NCBI GenBank assembly: GCA_963695095.1
Contig: CAVOFT010000001.1
Span: 192,001 to 256,000 of the forward strand
DNA from: an uncultured bacterium
GTDB taxonomy: Bacteria > Krumholzibacteriota > Krumholzibacteriia > JACNKJ01
Direction of reading: 5' to 3'
DNA length: 64,000 bases
Every line of letters begins with the position of its first letter. The first letter of the stretch is position 1. The notes under the pieces are model-generated. The model was not told the origin of the DNA. It saw nothing but the letters and a program-made list of their open reading frames with translations, and ran no database searches. The translations under genes and the position numbers were made by a program. This document shows, piece after piece, positions 61,630 to 64,000 of the stretch.

Positions 61630-62810
61630 CCGGCCAGGTAGCGCCGCGCGGCGCGCACGAGCAGCTCGACGCCGATGGGGAGCGCGTCCTCGTCCAGATC
61701 GAAGGCCGGGTGATGGTGGGCGGCCACGATCCCCTTCGCCGCATTGCCCGCGCCGACGAAGAAGAAGCAGCCGGGCACGCGGTCCAGGTACTCGGCCATG
61801 TCCTCGCCGCCGAGCGTGCGCATCTCGACCACGTTGTCGGCGCCCAGCAGCTCGGTCGCCGTCTCGCGCACGAGGGCGGCCAGGGCCGGATCGTTCACCA
61901 GCGGGATGTTGATGCGCTGGTAGTCCAGCCGATAGTCGCAGCCGTGGGCGTGGCAGATACCGGCGACCACATGCTCGAACTGGGCCGGAATGGCCTCCCA
62001 GATCGCCCGGTCGAAGCAGCGGATCGTCCCCGCGAGCTGCGCCTCGCCGGGAATGATGTTGAAGGCCGAGCCGGCGTGGAACTCGGCCACCGTCACCACC
62101 ACGGCGGCCAGCGGGTCGCTGCGCCGCGACACCAGCGTCTGCAGGGCGCCCACGATGGCGGCGCCGGCCACCACCGGATCGCAGGTCTCCTGCGGCTGCG
62201 CGGCGTGGCCCCCCTTGCCGATCACCGCCAGGTGGAACTCGTCGACCGCGGCCATCGTGGGGCCGGCCGCCACGCCCACCTTGCCAGTGGGCAGGGAACT
62301 CCAGTAGTGCAGGCCGAGGGCGGCGTCCACGCGCGGGGACTCGAGCACGCCCTCGGCGATCATGCGCTTGGCGCCGCCGAAGCCCTCCTCCGCCGGCTGG
62401 AAGACGGCCTTCACGCGCCCGCCGTTCAGGCTCGCGGCCTCGCGCTGCAGCACCGAGCAGGCCGCGAGCAGCGAGGCACAGTGGCCGTCGTGGCCGCAGG
62501 CGTGCATCAGGCCGGTGAAGCCGGAGCGGTACTCGCGATCGCCCTCTTCCTCGATGGGCAGCGCGTCCATGTCCGCGCGCAGGAGCAGCGTGCGCCCCGA
62601 GGCGCCGCCGGCGTCGCCGATCAGGGCGACCACCCCCGTCTCGGCCACGCCGGTGGCCGGCGTGAGGCCGAGGCCGCGCAGGTACTCGGCGATGACGCCC
62701 GCCGTGCGCGTCTCCTGGAAGCCGAGCTCGGGATGGCGGTGAAAATCGCGGCGCAGGCGGATCAGGGCCAGCCGCTCCTGCTCGGTGAGACTGGGGCTGA
62801 GGGACTCCAT
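61626..62810 (-). CDS. M20D amidohydrolase
   Basis: RRDFHRHPELGFQE, LRADMDALP, MHACGHDGH, FQPAEEG, GKGGHAA.P, GEDM, HHP.FD.DE. Confidence 0.94.
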   Translation of the reverse strand: MESLSPSLTEQERLALIRLRRDFHRHPELGFQETRTAGVIAEYLRGLGLTPATGVAETGVVALIGDAGGASGRTLLLRADMDALPIEEEGDREYRSGFTGLMHACGHDGHCASLLAACSVLQREAASLNGGRVKAVFQPAEEGFGGAKRMIAEGVLESPRVDAALGLHYWSSLPTGKVGVAAGPTMAAVDEFHLAVIGKGGHAAQPQETCDPVVAGAAIVGALQTLVSRRSDPLAAVVVTVAEFHAGSAFNIIPGEAQLAGTIRCFDRAIWEAIPAQFEHVVAGICHAHGCDYRLDYQRINIPLVNDPALAALVRETATELLGADNVVEMRTLGGEDMAEYLDRVPGCFFFVGAGNAAKGIVAAHHHPAFDLDEDALPIGVELLVRAARRYLAG

Positions 62811-62843
62811 GCCGCCTCCTCCGCGCGGCAGCCCGCAGGCTGC

Positions 62844-63695
62844 CTAGCTGATGAACTCCACCTCGATGGCCTGCTCGAGGTAGCCGCGCTCGTGGGCGCG
62901 CTCCAGGAACAGCGCGATGCTCCGCCGCCCCCGCTCGCCGTAGTCGAGGGTGAGCTCGTTCACGTACATGCCCACGAAGCGATCGGCGAGGGCCAGGTCC
63001 AGACCGCGGCCGAAGCCGAGGGCGTACTTCACCGCCTCGTCGCGGTGCGCGAGGCCGTAGGCGATGCTCGCCTTCAGGATGCCGTTCAGCTCGCGCATGC
63101 GCGCAAGGCCGAGGTCGCGGCGCACGGCGTTGCCGCCCAGGGGCAGCGGCAGGCCGCCGGTCTCCGCTCCCCACCAGACGCCGAGGTCCAGCAGCAGGGC
63201 CAGCCCCTCGCCGGCGTAGGTGAGCTGCCCCTCGTGGATGAGCAAGCCCGCTTCGACCTCGCCGCCGGCGACGGCGCTGCCGATCCGATCGAAGGGCAGC
63301 ACCGCGTAGTCGAAGTCGCCGATGGCCAGGCGCAGGGCGAGGAAGGCGCTGGTGAGCGTGCCGGGCACGGCGATCTTGCGGCGCTTGGCCTCGGCCAGCG
63401 TGAGCCCGGGCTGCGCCACCAGCATGGGGCCGTAGCCGTCGCCCATGCTGGCGCCGCAGGCGAGCAGCGCGTACTTGTCCTGCAGGTGCGCGTAGGCGTG
63501 GATGGACACGGCGCTGATGTGCAGTTCGCCGGCCAGCGCGCGGCGGTTGAGCGTCTCGATGTCCTGCAGGATGTGCGTGAAGCGGTAGGGCCCGGCGTCC
63601 ACGTGGCCCTTGGCGAGGCCGTAGAACATGAAGGCGTCGTCGGGGTCGGGGCTGTGGCCGAGCAGGATCTCCATCGTGGCCGCGGGGGCGCTCAT
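62844..63695 (-). CDS. mqnD: 1,4-dihydroxy-6-naphthoate synthase (futalosine menaquinone pathway, MqnA/MqnD family)
   Basis: GHSPDPDDAFMFY, DIETLN, GYGP, PG.LTSA, LIHEGQLTY, LPLPLG, MYVNE. Confidence 0.88.
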   Translation of the reverse strand: MSAPAATMEILLGHSPDPDDAFMFYGLAKGHVDAGPYRFTHILQDIETLNRRALAGELHISAVSIHAYAHLQDKYALLACGASMGDGYGPMLVAQPGLTLAEAKRRKIAVPGTLTSAFLALRLAIGDFDYAVLPFDRIGSAVAGGEVEAGLLIHEGQLTYAGEGLALLLDLGVWWGAETGGLPLPLGGNAVRRDLGLARMRELNGILKASIAYGLAHRDEAVKYALGFGRGLDLALADRFVGMYVNELTLDYGERGRRSIALFLERAHERGYLEQAIEVEFIS

Positions 63696-63896
63696 CTCGT
63701 CTCCCGATTGCTGGGGGGCGCCAGGGCGAAGGAAGCGAACCATGCTAGCAAATCGCGTGGCAGCGCAGCAAGCCGGGCGTGGGCACGCATGAGAAAGCAT
63801 GGGGGTTGGCCTTTCCGCGGATCCCGGCATTTGCTAGACTGCCGCCCACAGCGCGCCGGCAGGGACGCCGGCGCCCGGCGGCGAGAACGAGGTGGC

Positions 63897-64000
63897 ATGA
63901 GCGAGGGCGACTACATCCGCGTCTGCAGCATCGACGAAGTGCCCGCGGGCGAGGCCCGTGCCTTCGCGGTCGAGGGCTACGACATCGCGATCTTCAACAC
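63897..64000 (+). CDS. Probable Rieske-type ferredoxin, 5' part (runs off window)
   Basis: GAGG RBS, ATG 63897: MSEGDYIRVCSIDEVPAGEARAFAVEGYDIAIFN. The Cys/His ligands would lie beyond the window. Confidence 0.65.
   Translation, partial: MSEGDYIRVCSIDEVPAGEARAFAVEGYDIAIFN

Noticed and set aside
60040..63174. 1044-aa ORF as a single fusion protein
   Set aside because: Its N-terminal half is an off-frame read through mqnD and the amidohydrolase; the real GT gene starts at 61629.

Overview
High-GC (roughly 70% in ordinary genes, by eye) bacterial chromosomal segment. Eight large secreted proteins end in a 'PNPFNP...WDG.D..G....SGVY...K(L/M)LL(L/I)K*' FlgD-Ig / T9SS-like sorting tail. With pgsB/pgsC, type-B sdhCAB and futalosine-pathway mqnD, this points by inference to an FCB-superphylum candidate lineage (Krumholzibacteria/Latescibacteria/Eisenbacteria-like). 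Content in order: poly-gamma-glutamate genes co-oriented with a gingipain-like C25 gene and a beta-helix gene; a divergent array of tail-bearing secreted proteins, one interrupted in its last codon by a 1.18-kb DUF1670 insert; nitrilase; sdhCAB; a C10 protease-FG-GAP fusion; an ATPase/XRE divergon with clear promoters and operators; several small enzymes; an RND pair; a large zincin; two GT39-like proteins; an M20 hydrolase; mqnD. The most notable item is a lower-GC cassette at about 42.4-44.2 kb. It holds a sigma54-like promoter, two small signal-peptide ORFs sharing a G-D-D-x-D-x-G motif, and the variable N-terminal TPR half of a TPR-sigma54 enhancer-binding protein whose C-terminal half has host-like composition. 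This is a candidate peptide-signalling (quorum-sensing-like) system with a swappable specificity module. A TTGCCACGTGGCAA palindrome recurs three times in intergenic DNA. Several genes carry frameshifts, possibly sequencing/assembly indels, so pseudogene calls are provisional. All family assignments are from motif recognition, not database searches.
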